DNA from: Octopus vulgaris
Taxonomy: Eukaryota
Direction: 5' to 3'
Assembly: GCA_951406725.2 (NCBI GenBank)
Contig: OX597820.1
Span: forward strand, 5,518,001-5,582,000
DNA: 64,000 nucleotides
Position numbers and translations under genes: made by a program. Below the pieces are notes generated by a model that saw only the letters and a list, made by a program, of their open reading frames with translations, had not been told where the DNA came from and did no database searches. Below, one piece after another: positions 1 to 14,194 of the stretch. The stretch's first letter is position 1. Each line of letters starts with the position of its first letter.

Positions 1-67
1 TATCACAACTGTGACCACACTGCACTGTTTTCATATCCAATATATCTTACACAATCATTATTCAATA

Positions 68-400
68 TGTTCGTTCTGAGTTCAAATTCCGCCGAGGTCA
101 ACTTTGCCTTTCATCCTTTCGGGGTCGATTAAATAAGTACCAGTTACGCACTGGGGTCGATATAATCGACTTAATCCGTTTGTCTGTCCTTGTTTGTCCT
201 CTCTGTGTTTAGCCCCTTGTGGGTAGTAAAGAAATAGGTATTTCGTCCGCCGCTACGTTCTGAGTTCAAATTCTGCCGAAGTCGACTTTGTCTTTCATCC
301 TTTCGGGGTCCTTAACCCAAGCACCAGTTGCGTACTGGGGTCGATCTAATCGACTGGTCCCCTCCTCAAAATCTCAGGCCTTGTGCCAAGAGTACAAAAG
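68..400 (+). mobile_element. Head-to-tail pair of tRNA-derived SINEs with Nin/Deu-like central domain (SINE family A)
   Basis: B-box-like GAGTTCAAATTCC, domain GAGGTCGACTTTGCCTTTCATCCTTTCGGGGTCGAT, tail ...TTTAGCCCCTTGTGGGTAGTAAAGAAATAG; second unit starts at GGTATTTCG (~237); many copies elsewhere in window. Confidence 0.85.
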
Positions 401-605
401 GATATATTAGTAAACATCACTCAACCATTCAGGGATTTTGATGAAACCTCCATTGAGAAGGGATCGCTGCTCATCTCCCGGGAATTAAAAGCGGTTTAGT
501 AATATGCTGCACGCAGCAAGAGTACGGATGTGTTGAGGAAACTAAGAGAGTAGCTAAGGTATACTCAACCATTCACATATTATCAGAGTTATGTCAGCCA
601 TAAAT

Positions 606-647
606 ACACCAGCATCGGTTATCAAGCGATGTGGGGGGGGGGGACAA

Positions 648-697
<50 letters not shown>

Positions 698-858
698 ACA
701 TATATACGACAGGCTTCTTTTAGTTTCCGTCTACCAAATCCACTCACAAGGCCCGAGGCTATAGTAGAAGACATTTGCCCAAGGTGCCACGCAGTGGGAC
801 TGAACTCGGAACCATGTGGTTGGTAAGCAAGCTACTTACCACACAGCCACTCCTACGC
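606..858 (-). mobile_element. tRNA-derived SINE family B (OK-like; CORE-like segment, internal microsatellite), 3'-truncated
   Basis: Reverse complement GGAGTGGCTGTGTGGTAAG..GGTTCCGAGTTCAGTCCC..CCTTGGGCAAATGTCTTCTACTATAGCC, then (TA)n(TG)n; matches copy at 23662-24068. Confidence 0.85.
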
Positions 859-859
859 G

Positions 860-2870
<2,011 letters not shown>

Positions 2871-3344
2871 GAGTGCTGTCTCTGCCATCATACTCCTCGA
2901 CAATGTTTGTTCGTCAACCTCCGTAAATGGTGCGTAGCCATTACTTTTGATGTCTGTTAGCTAGGTGTGACCACGTTGGTAATGCCATCACTTGAGAAAC
3001 CCTTCCTCTTACCCTCCTCCTCCTCTCACTCTCTCTCCTATCTCTTTCTTTCTCTGTCTATCTAATGTCTCTGTGTCGTCGTATATGTCCTCTTCTGTTC
3101 TCCTAGTTTAGCAACATGGATTTCCTTCCTCCCCCCCTGCTAATAATATTATACTCCTACATCATACGACACACTTTCATGCGAAAGCCATAGACTTTAT
3201 ATTAGCAAGGCATACACCCACCAGAATCACGCTTTAAACCGTCTGATTCTATTTTCAATCTATCACCTCCACCACCACCACCACCACAGCCATTACAACC
3301 ACTCCTCGGCCGGTAGTAACCCTAACGTCAGCTCTGCCACCCCA

Positions 3345-3600
3345 TTAAAAGTAAGGGACACTGTATAATGTAGTCCTAGATACACTATGTATTAAAACAG
3401 TTTTTATGCGGTTAGGCATTGAATTAACTAGTTTCTTGCAGGTCCTAGGCGCAATTTTACTCCATCCTTCTCTCAAATTTTGGTACAAATGCTCTTCATT
3501 CTTAATTGTTGTGTTCCTGATAGCTTCACCAAGAGTTCGCCATAGGTGATCGATCGGATTTAGATCGAGACTTTGAGCTGGCCAGTCCATGGGAACAAAT
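3345..3600 (-). mobile_element. Tc1-family transposase C-terminal fragment
   Basis: DWPAQSLDLNPIDHLWRTL...W..I...CKKLVNSMPNRI matches the Tc1 WPxxSPDLNPIExxW motif; truncated by the adjacent RTE. Confidence 0.85.
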
Positions 3601-3609
3601 ACCCAGTGG

Positions 3610-5625
3610 GTTGCGATTTCACTTTAGTTGCCGGGCCGTCTCAATTACAACGTGTTTCCAAAGGTTCCGGTTTCCTGTCATTGCCTCTGTGAGGCCCACT
3701 GTTCGAAGGTCATGCTTCACCACCTCATCTCATGTCTTCCTTGGTCTACCTCTTCCACAGGTTCCTTCAACAGTTAGGGAATGGCACTTCCTCTCACAGC
3801 TGTCTTCCTCCCTACGCAACACATGGCCATACAAGCGCAGTCGCCTCTCTTCTTCGCCACAATTGATGCCTCTTATGCCCAACTTTTCTCTCAGGGTGCT
3901 TACACTCTGTCATGTATGCACACTGACGTTACACATCCAGCGGATCATATTAGTTTCATTCCTTTCAAGTCGACGCATGTCTTCAGCATTCATGGCTCAT
4001 GTTTCACTGCCGTGTAGCATGGCAGTTCGCACACATGCATCATACAGTCTACCCTTCACCCTGAGCGAGAGACACTTAGTTGCCAGCAGAGGTAGGAGCT
4101 CCCTGAACTTTGACCAGGCTATTCTCACTCTAGTCGCTATACTCTCAGAGCAATCACCCCCATTACAGACTTGGCCCCTAGGTAGCAGAAGGTATTAACT
4201 ACTTCTAGTTTCTTCTCCTGATATGTGATGGAATCTGTTTTCTGTATATCTTCAGTGTTTATTGCCCCAGTGCATCTGTCACACAGAAAAACTATTTTCC
4301 GGCTTAACCTTCCTTTGATATTGCTGCACTTTTTATGTGTCCATAGCTTACACCGGGTGCATAGTATGAAGTTTCTACCCAAGCCTTTTCTAAAGATCGA
4401 GCAGGGCCATCTACCTGAAGTAAGTTGTGATTTGACAGCCTTCCTACTTACTAAGACCTTGGCTTTGGCTAGGTTAACCCTAAGGCCCTTCGATTCTAGA
4501 CCTTGCTTCCACACCCTAAACTTTGTCTCTAGTTCTAGCAGTGACTCGGCTATTAGAGCAATGTCATCAGCATAGAGGAGTTCCCAGGAGCAGCCTGTCT
4601 TGAATTCCTCTGTTATTGCCTGGAGGACTATAATGAATAAGAAGGGCTGAGGACTGATCCTTGGTGAACCCCTACTTCTACTCGGAATTCTTCACTATAC
4701 TCGTTGCCAACCTTCACCTTACTGACAGCGTCCATGTACAGAGCCTGTACAGCTCTTACGAGCCACTCGTCTATTCCCAGTTTCCGCATTGACCACCAGA
4801 TAAGGGATCGGGGGTCCCTGTCAAAGGCTTTCTCCAAGTCAACAAAAGTCAAGTACAAAGGCTTATCTTTGGCTAGGTATTTCTCCTGGAGTTGCCTTAT
4901 CAGAAATGTGCTTCTACCTGGCACAAAACAGAACTGCATCTCATCTGGGTTAACTCTCTCCCTAATTAGTTGGACTATGACACTCTCTGTAACTTTCATC
5001 CCCTGATCCAGTAATTTGATACCCCTGTAGTTATTTCTATCTAAAGCATCACCTTTCTCCTTATAGAAGTTGATTATGACTCCTTCATGAAGAACCTGAT
5101 TTACGATGCGGGTGACAAGACCATAACCCACACCACCCGATATGTTAAGCATCCCAGCAGATACCTGATGGGCCAGGTGCTTTCCCTGTCTTCATATCCT
5201 TGATAGCTTTATCTACCTGGGTACTGTCAATTCAGATAGCTGGTCCCTCAATTGAGTCAACCTTTGGCAGATTCTCCTCCTCCCATTCATTCTCCCCATT
5301 CAGCAGTCTTTCCTAATGGCTTCTCCAAGCCTCTTCCTTTGCAAAATCCTTAAACCCAAGTGCACCATCATCCATGTGGACACATTACTCTCCTATGACA
5401 TTACGATTTTCTCTCACACACAGTCTTGCAATCCGAAATACTTCAATCCTCTGGTCCTCACCTTGCTGAACATTGGCAAAACTTTTCTTTTCTGTTACTC
5501 TCTTGGCTATACATACCTGTCCCTTAGCTTCTATTTTGACTATCTGATATATTCTCCTGCTACCACTACTTTTCCAGGCATCCCAGACCTTTTCCTTTGC
5601 TCTAACGGCCCTGTCTACAGTATTG
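3610..5625 (-). mobile_element. RTE-clade LINE, 5'-truncated, frameshifted reverse transcriptase
   Basis: NYRGIKLL, QFCFVPGRST, FVDLEKAFD, GVHQGSVLSP, WELLYADD (rc of ~4560-4590), GLRVNLAK; frameshifts between ORF pieces. Confidence 0.92.
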
Positions 5626-5812
5626 TGGCCCTGAATATGCTAATCGATTACCATTTGGTAATTATGATACTTCTTCTACAAATTGAAGATAATTTTAATA
5701 AATAAAGAATTTATGTATTATGGTATTTGATGCTTGTCAATTGTCTACATTGTTCGTATAAATGCCAGTACCAGGCTGAAGTGGTTTCCAGCAGTAACAG
5801 CAGCAACGACAG

Positions 5813-6179
5813 TGGAGGCGCAAGGGCCCAGTGGTTAGGACAGCGGATTCGCAGTTAGAGGATCGCGGTCTCGATTCCCAGACCGGGCGTTGTGTGTGTT
5901 TATTGAGCGAAAACACCTAAAGCTCCACGAGGCTCCGGCAGGGGTTGGTGGCGACCCCTGTTGTACTCTTTCGCCCAAACTTTCTCTCACTCTTTCTTCC
6001 TGTTTCTTGTCCCCGACTTCCTACGCAACCGCTGAGCCTGAATGCGCATTCATCCATCCGTCGATGCTCTCGGTGTCGGGGGTTGACCTGCTTTCTCTTC
6101 TGCGGGTCTTATGAATAGCAAAGGACCACGTTTCGGACTTCTCCCATCTTGCGAGATCTGGGACGAAGACCGTTCGCTC

Positions 6180-6245
<66 letters not shown>
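5813..6245 (+). mobile_element. tRNA(Arg-like)-derived SINE family C with tail type 1 and (CAA)n(CAG)n tail
   Basis: A box GGCCCAGTGG, B box GTCTCGATTCC; near-identical to rc of 24545-24898. Confidence 0.85.
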
Positions 6246-7850
6246 GACAGCAGTAACAGAACCGTAAGAATAAGTAAATGGAGATATGTCGTCTGAACAA
6301 AGTTAGTAACCACAAGTCACCGCTTACAATCTCAGTTTTGTGATGAGTCAAGATACCCTCTTGTAAGGAATGGACTGAACCGAGAGAGTATATATGGTTC
6401 CTGTTATTTCATAGTGAAGTTGGAATGTGTCGGCTGGTTTGTTCATTTGGAATATCTATCGTTGGTTCGTGAGAGATTGTTGGATTGTTACGTTCTTATT
6501 GCTGCTGCATTATCTTGTTATTATATCACACTGGTACCGTGTATGGTAGGCCATTATCCCAATAGTGTTGGTACTACTATATTGGATACAAACCACGTTA
6601 CAGCATCTGGTGACGAGAGGTTCCAAGCTTACGTAGGTTGTATTTCACCTGCAAACCAAGCATTTAATCATTTCTTATCAGATTTTCAGCCTTATGAAAA
6701 TCCCTTGTCCATGTTTTTCTTCTGCAGCCATCAATATGATATTATTCAAGCTCAACTGTGTCAATCTTACCAGTTTTGAGTAGCCTGAAAAGACCATAGG
6801 CACAGCTCTTGCCGTTCGTCTCAGAAGGAATGCAAAAGCCAAGGACACTGACCCTTTGCTCAGCCAAATTCTTCAAATAAAGCAGAGAAAAACCCAACAG
6901 CCTCTGCTATTCTTGTGAATTAATAAGCTGTAAGCTATATCAAACTGGCCACACATCATCGTCTTTAACATGTCTCACAACTCAAACCTTATACCAAATA
7001 TTTTATCCAATCATTTCTCTCCAGAATTGCAACCTCTACACGGAATCACTTTCTCATCAGACAGTAATTTACAGAAGATGAAAAAAAAGACGTCATCTAC
7101 ATTCACATTAACAGTTTGGGAAAGCCTGCAGATGTTCTCTGAACATCATTTTGCCTCTCGCTTGCACTATATAATAGTAATAACAAGAATTTCTAACAAA
7201 GGCACAAAACAAGAGACGTTATAGGAAGACACAATTAGTCAACTCTATTGACCCAGGACTTATCTAGTATTTTATTTCATTGCCATTAGAAACATATAAA
7301 TGTGAAGTAAAGTGTGTTGACGCTGCTAACGCTTTCATGACTTAATTTCTGATATGTAATCTGTTTCAATGAATCTTTAGTGCCACTTTAGTATACAGTA
7401 TATATTGTCATTTGCACTTTAGCATGCTATCTAACCCTAATTCTAAACCATAGCTCTAACCCTAATCTAACCCATAACGCGACATGTACTCGATGTAAAC
7501 AAAAGGAAAAACAAAACAAACGGATAAAGATTAAATTAATTTTAATGCAGGATATTACACTTTGAAAAGTACAGTAGCATCCATTCCATGGAAGTACACA
7601 TAAAGTCCAGACAGAAGTATAAATGAGATAATAATCGTGTAGGTGTGCTATACATACCAACGCAGGATACTTTGACAGATACAAGCAGAGATTAAATCAA
7701 TTTTAATGCGGCAGTACAGGCAGAGAAGCATAGAAAAAAAAAACGGCTGGCCTAATTATTGAAAATAAGCAAATGAAAAAGAATAAAAAAAAAGCAAGCA
7801 GGTGTAAGAAATAAATAGGCAGAGATACATCAATTTATACACGAATGCAT

Positions 7851-8706
7851 TTAATCAAGATTTGGAAAGCTTGCAATGCACTGCAATAATTTTCCCCAAA
7901 GGTCACGATTTTCGTATCTGCGCCTCCACATGAATTCACAGAGATAGGAATCAATCATAGAACGGTGTGTACCACACCATCGCTTATCATTCCGTTTCTC
8001 ACACGCCCAAGTGCTTTCCTCTTGTTGCGTGTGGATTCTATCGATGGAGTTAACAAACTCGACGCTGTGGTTCACCGTTCTATGTAGAAAATTATATCCT
8101 TTCTATCTCTGGAATATGCGAATACGCCTTCCACAGGTCGCTAAATATTGCGATTCCCGAGAGAATCGAACGGCGGATGCATTCTTCGAGTGTGTCGCGA
8201 TTCCGACAAGGTACTGCATGGAGGAAAACTTGACTGTTCACGCGACACACTCCTCCGAAAACCCAATTGTACTTTCTCTTAGAGAAGATTGTCTCACCTA
8301 TCCTGACAATCTTCCCAGGACCACCTATTTGAACTTGGTTGATGAGTCCTGTGCGCATACTTCTCGCACATTACTATTGTAATCCACAGCTGTAGCGTGG
8401 CTCATCCCCAGTTATTCTACACCATAACGGATTGTAATCAGGTCCTTGACCCAAGAGCACAAAAAACAAAATGACCACAGTACGCAGAGGAAGTGAGCCA
8501 CCTTCCAGCCATGTCCCTTTTCTGATGGATACAGTCTCGTTGCAGCCTTTGCGACTGCGCCGCCAGCAAACATTCTCCCGGACTACTTTCTTTTTCGTAA
8601 AGTGCCCATTTTTACACTTCTTAACAGAGGGCATGATAACCTTCTCTGCCAAGTATGCTGCCGCATCAGTTTTTATTGTATCTATGAAATTGAATAGAGC
8701 AGCCAT
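7851..8706 (-). mobile_element. Merlin (IS1016/IS1595-like) DDE transposase pseudogene
   Basis: Three frameshifted pieces: Zn-ribbon-like CKNG..CWR..KGC..SIRKGTW; QIGGPGKIV.I.ET.FSKRKYN..WVFGG..I.SDLWKAY; NHSVEFV...HTQQEESTW...DSYLCEFMWRR. Confidence 0.88.
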
Positions 8707-9249
8707 TTTTCAAAATACAAAAAATCAAACAGGCACACGAGTAAACAAAATTTAAACTCAGATAAAACAAAAGTTAAAATCAAACAGGCAGGTAAACAAA
8801 CATAAAATAAAACAAGACTGATGAAAATAGGTACACGCAAAAAAAAAGACAACAGTGAAAAATATCCAAAAACACAGCAGTCAAGGTGAAAAACAAAACG
8901 AAATACACCACGCGCGGTTACTGCAGATGATCCGGAAGTTGTTGTTCGCAAACAGCAGCTGTAATTTTCTTCAGCTGAATACTCGTCATTGATTGGTTAA
9001 AATTACTCAAATGCGACAACTTTAATACGAAATAACTTCTAAAATACAAAATTTTGTCAAAAACGTTAAGAGTAAACCCTGTTCTTTGTGAGACATTCTA
9101 CCAGTATTCGAAGTTTCAGTGTTTAGTTTAAAAAAAAATTAATTAAAAAATCTGTACGTCAAATTGAATAGATCCATCATGGCGTCTGATGTGGCAATAT
9201 AATTCATACAATGTATTGAAAAGACACCAATATAGATTGTATATCCGAT

Positions 9250-9985
9250 TTGGACCACCAAAGCAGTAGTTAACTTCTTATCTTCGTGGACCTTAAAATG
9301 TCATTTGAGGTCCCCGTTAGATTTGCAGACCTTATGGCATACATGGCATTGAAAGGTGTTCACAAACATATAGGCAGAGTAGTTGGCGGAGGTTCGTTTT
9401 TCATGGGTCCGCAAATGATATTTGGAGCCAGCGAAAGAAATGCATGGTCTGTCACAAATTGTGCACACAAAGAAGTTTTTGCAATTAGTTTTCTCGTTGA
9501 TCGCAGGGTTTTTTAAAAATTTATTTTTGAGTTTCCTATGGCTCATCCTGGTTTCGTCAAAAGCTTTCACCGCAATCCACACTTGTTCGTCATGCAACTC
9601 GATCCGAAGCAAGGGTTTCTATGGCCTCTGGATTCATTCCAAATGACTTCATAGTCCTTACACAGTCCTCAAACCTTCTTTTTATGCTTACAATGATCGC
9701 GTTTCCCTTCTACAATTTCGATATGAAACAAGTGTTTGGCTGTGCATTCTTCAGCCATTCGAACGACGTGGCCAGACCATCTCTTTTGATTCTTCAAGAT
9801 CATTGATTTAAGTGAATTGATGCCTGCAGATGCAAAGTCATCTGTGTCTGAAGTAAACAAGTTTCATTTAATGTTTAGAATGCAACAAAGGCATTTTGGT
9901 GGAACCGCTCTAACAATTTGAAATGTCTTTCATAACAAATCCATGTTTCAGAGTCATACCTCAGGAATGGTAAGACAAACGATTA
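9250..9985 (-). mobile_element. RTE (BovB-like) LINE 3' fragment with two C2H2 zinc fingers
   Basis: rc gives [61 protein letters not shown]; 5' end abuts (TA)n. Confidence 0.75.
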
Positions 9986-10004
9986 TATATACATACATAT
10001 ATAC

Positions 10005-10085
<81 letters not shown>

Positions 10086-10140
10086 ACACGTATAAGAGAC
10101 AGAGGCTCTCTAATTATTCATCAGTTATCAATCAGAATGG

Positions 10141-10189
<49 letters not shown>

Positions 10190-10196
10190 TATATAA

Positions 10197-10240
<44 letters not shown>

Positions 10241-10314
10241 GGAGTGAGAGAGGGAGAGAAAGAGAGAAAAGAGGAGAGAGATACAGACAAAGTCTGACAG
10301 ACATACGCAGCTGT

Positions 10315-10376
<62 letters not shown>

Positions 10377-10425
10377 TAATGAATTGATGGATGGATGGAT
10401 GGATGGATGGATGGATAGATATATC
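9984..10425. repeat. (TA)n, (GA)n, (GATA)n, (GGAT)n compound microsatellite
   Basis: Directly visible. Confidence 0.95.
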
Positions 10426-11417
10426 TGAAAAAGATGTCAGTCATATCACATTAATTCCGCAAATTATTAGGATTTGTGAGGTATTTTTCCCAAACAGTCG
10501 TTCAAAGCCCAGTATCAATTGTTAGTTATTTGAGTGGCCCCTGAAGGATGAATGGCAAAATTCAATTCCGCTTCATTTAAACAGAAACGGTTTGACATTA
10601 TTTCGATTCTTTCAAATATCCTCTTGTAGATTCCATGTATATTTGGTTTTCTAAATCTGTTCTTGAACTTCGTCGCAAAAATGAATTCAATATGAGCGGC
10701 AAATTTCGAATTAAAAGCCTGATAATTTTAACAATTCGAGAACAGAACTTTGACGAGTAAAAAATGGAGAACTATGTTTTAAACACTGTAATATCATGAA
10801 TTATAATGTCGGTGTATGTTAGTAGTTTCAGCCATTGTTTTGATGAATAACGAAATAAACGTCCTCAGATGTAATTTAATTTCTAATTCTTTATTTTCAA
10901 TTTAACCTTTCGTTTATTTACAAGCATAAATTTTACAGGAAGAAAAGAAAGTAAAAAGGAACATTAGAAGTATAAAAATTAAAATTCCTGAACTACTGCA
11001 CCAAGGAAACAAAGAAATAGAAAAAAGTTTTTTCGTCTCTCACGGCCTAAAACATTATCCTGTTCTGTGGCAAATAGAAAAGTTCTCCATTAAAAATATA
11101 TTATCTTCAGAGATTTCCTCGAAATATTTGTGCTAAATTTAAAACAGCAAAGCTACGAAGCAGCTGTACTTAGAATTGGTTCTCCTGAATCAAGTGAACT
11201 TTCTAGAATATCTTTGGCGGATAAGACATATGTTTCCGGAAGATTTCCTCAAAGATAAACATTATGGCAATTAATCTGTTCTTCAATATAATTTACGGAA
11301 AATAAAACTTAACATATATAAACATTCGCGCGCACACAAACACACACACACGTACACACATACCCATGTATACACCTAGAGACACATGAACGCTCACGTA
11401 TGCACACGCACGCTGAG

Positions 11418-11448
<31 letters not shown>

Positions 11449-11516
11449 CACACACACACACATATATATATGCAGTTATGTAAATTGATATATTCAAGTA
11501 CAAACGGCATTCCCGC

Positions 11517-11561
<45 letters not shown>

Positions 11562-12027
11562 ATGTATGTATTATATATATATATATATGTGTGTGTGTGC
11601 GTGTGTATGTATATATATATATATATATATATATCTGCGGGCGTGTTTTATGTGTTTTGTGTGGGTGTGTCTGTGTATTTTTTTTGTGTGTGTTTTGTCT
11701 GTGTGTGTTTTGTCTGTGTGTGTGTGTGTGTGTACAGGTGAGTGGGCAAAACACAGTAGGAGGCACTCAACACATTAGTTGGAGTGATATCATTATTTAA
11801 ATCGGTTTGATTCGGTTCCATGCAGCGTGAAGTTTCGTTGGCTTCTTACAGAATCTAAAGACCCACATGATATAATATATATGTGCGCGCATGTGTATGT
11901 ATATACCTGTATACAGAATGAGGATATAATGAATGAATATGTCTTTAAGATGTGTTAATGGCAGAAAGAATATGCAAGATTCGATCAAATTGAAATTATA
12001 TAGTCGTGGTAGAGAACGGAATGAGAA

Positions 12028-12330
12028 AGTGCGTGGGTTAGTGGTTGGGATATCGACTTATGATTGCAGGGTCGTGAGTTCAATTCCCGGCGACGCGTTG
12101 TGTCATTGAACGAGGCAATTTATTTCACATTGCTCCAATCCACTCAAAAATGAGTTGTACCTTTATTTCAAAGGGCCAACCCTTGTCACACTCTGTGTCA
12201 CACTGAATCTCTACGTTAAGGATATACGTGTCTGTGGAGTGCTCAGCCACTTGCACGTTAATTTCATGGCAGGCTGTTCTGTTAATCGCATCAACTGGAA
12301 CCCTCGTCGTCGCAACCGGCGGAGTGCCAG
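12028..12330 (+). mobile_element. tRNA-derived CORE-type SINE (family D)
   Basis: A box GGTTAGTGG, B box GAGTTCAATTCC, CORE-like GTTGTGTCATTGAACGAGGCAATTTATTTCACATTGCTCCAATCCACTCA; related fragments at 43245-43355 (-) and 53590-53700. Confidence 0.7.
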
Positions 12331-12902
12331 CCAGAGAAAGGAATATTAACATGAATACGGCTGACCCTAGCACTTTGGTAAACAGCGAGAACTTCCTTAA
12401 AAATCCACCCAGACCTAAATCTATAATAGTACATAAGCATTAGTTGTCGTAGCAATTCTATGCATCAACTAGAACATGGACTAATCTCATAAAATAATTC
12501 TTAATTGCATTTGAAAGATCTTTGAGCCTGAAAACATTTGTCAGCCTGCTCAGTGAAACGGTGTTCGTCACCTGAGTACCTGCTATAATTATAACACCGG
12601 TTCCAAAAGACCGATAGACGTATGGCAGGAATCTATAACTAAAACATTCTCTATACTAAATGTACTGCCACAAATATGTAGAACTTATATAATAAATGTT
12701 CGAGTATTTCTCTGATCTCTTTGTAGGGTCGGAACGAGATTTTTTTTACAGGCGATGTAATGAGGCGTCTTCTCGTTTACTAACGTGCGATAGAAATATA
12801 TTGCGCTGGGAAGATCTTAATTAGCAACAGCGTACGCATGTGTGTGTGTGTGTATGTGTGTGTGTATGTGTGTAATCACATATACACATATATATATTCA
12901 TA

Positions 12903-12988
<86 letters not shown>

Positions 12989-13018
12989 CATACATGGAAT
13001 ACACATATATATGTGTGA

Positions 13019-13070
<52 letters not shown>

Positions 13071-13356
13071 TATATCATGTATTTTGTGTGATGTGGGGGA
13101 GAGATTTATGACGCTCAGAAAGCATTATTCAAAGCTGAATTTAGCCAGACATGCTACTAAATATGAACGGCATGATAATATTTATAAGTAAAAGGTGTAC
13201 TTTTGCATTATTTCACAGTAAAAGAGGGCGAGAGATGAATAAAAAGCAAACAAACATAAAAAAAAAGATGGAGTGACAACCAGGTTGGATGAGAGAAAAC
13301 AAGAGAGAATGAGAGGGAGACTGACTGAGAAATATTTTTGTTATGAAAACACCTCG

Positions 13357-13420
13357 ATGACTAACCTGCCTCTGTTTTCGGCCAGGTGTGTTGATGTGCC
13401 AGTGACACAGATCAGTGCAG
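13357..13420 (+). CDS. Candidate short coding exon (MTNLPLFSARCVDVPVTQISA, phase-1 donor)
   Basis: ATG-initiated open frame ending at CAG|GTAGGG in non-repetitive DNA; no homology recognised. Confidence 0.15.
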
Positions 13421-13518
13421 GTAGGGCAAGCACCAGGCATTAAATAACATAGCGGAGAGGATTGTCTAGATAGGGGTTGGCTTCGGCCTGTCTGTCTGTC
13501 TGTCTGTCTATCTGTCTC

Positions 13519-13605
<87 letters not shown>

Positions 13606-13638
13606 GTCTATCTATCTATCTGTCTGTCTGTCTGTCTA

Positions 13639-13669
<31 letters not shown>

Positions 13670-13802
13670 GTCTGTCTGTCTACATACACATACTCGCATG
13701 CGTGCATACAAACCTGAATATACACCCATATGTATATACATGTGTATGTGTGTATAAATATATTTATACGCACACGCACACATACACATGTGTATGTGTT
13801 TG

Positions 13803-13835
<33 letters not shown>

Positions 13836-13921
13836 GTGTGTGTATGTGTGTGTGTGTGTGTGTGTATAAATATATATATATATATCGGGACAGATATCAA
13901 CAGCTGGCGGGCGTCTGCTAC

Positions 13922-13968
13922 TCTAGACCGATGATGGACAATGATCCTGAAACCTGCGTGTCTCTAGA
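13922..13968 (+). ncRNA. Minimal type I hammerhead ribozyme-like motif in a ~255-bp (TA)n-flanked cassette (13886-14140)
   Basis: TCTAGA CCGATGA tGGA caatga TCCt GAAAC ctgcgt GTC TCTAGA: perfect stem I, core one change from CUGAUGA, GAAA, GUC site. Confidence 0.6.
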
Positions 13969-14135
13969 TGCAGGCCTGGCTGCTGCTAGGAGTGTTTGTC
14001 TCCCCTTCGTAAATGTATATAAGGACACAGGAAAAATGTGTCGAAGCCAGTAGGAAGCGTCGATGCTTCCTAGGGCTAAACCGCGTTGGTGTAACCCCCT
14101 ACTGTCACGTTCACGTTAGATTGACAGTATACAAC

Positions 14136-14191
<56 letters not shown>

Positions 14192-14194
<3 letters not shown>

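Noticed and set aside
6414-6795. 121-aa ORF (+) and a 14-nt AG..GT micro-exon (-)
   Set aside because: No motif or homology; the micro-exon is not frame-preserving and has no supporting neighbours.
9150-9177. Merlin terminal inverted repeat candidate (…AATTGAATAGATCC)
   Set aside because: No matching left-hand repeat or TSD found upstream of the transposase.
9301-9612. C2H2 zinc-finger host gene
   Set aside because: Contiguous with RTE RT C-terminal motifs; it is the LINE's own C-terminus.
11105-11260. 48-codon open frame after TTCAG
   Set aside because: Weak acceptor, no recognisable product; within chance expectation.
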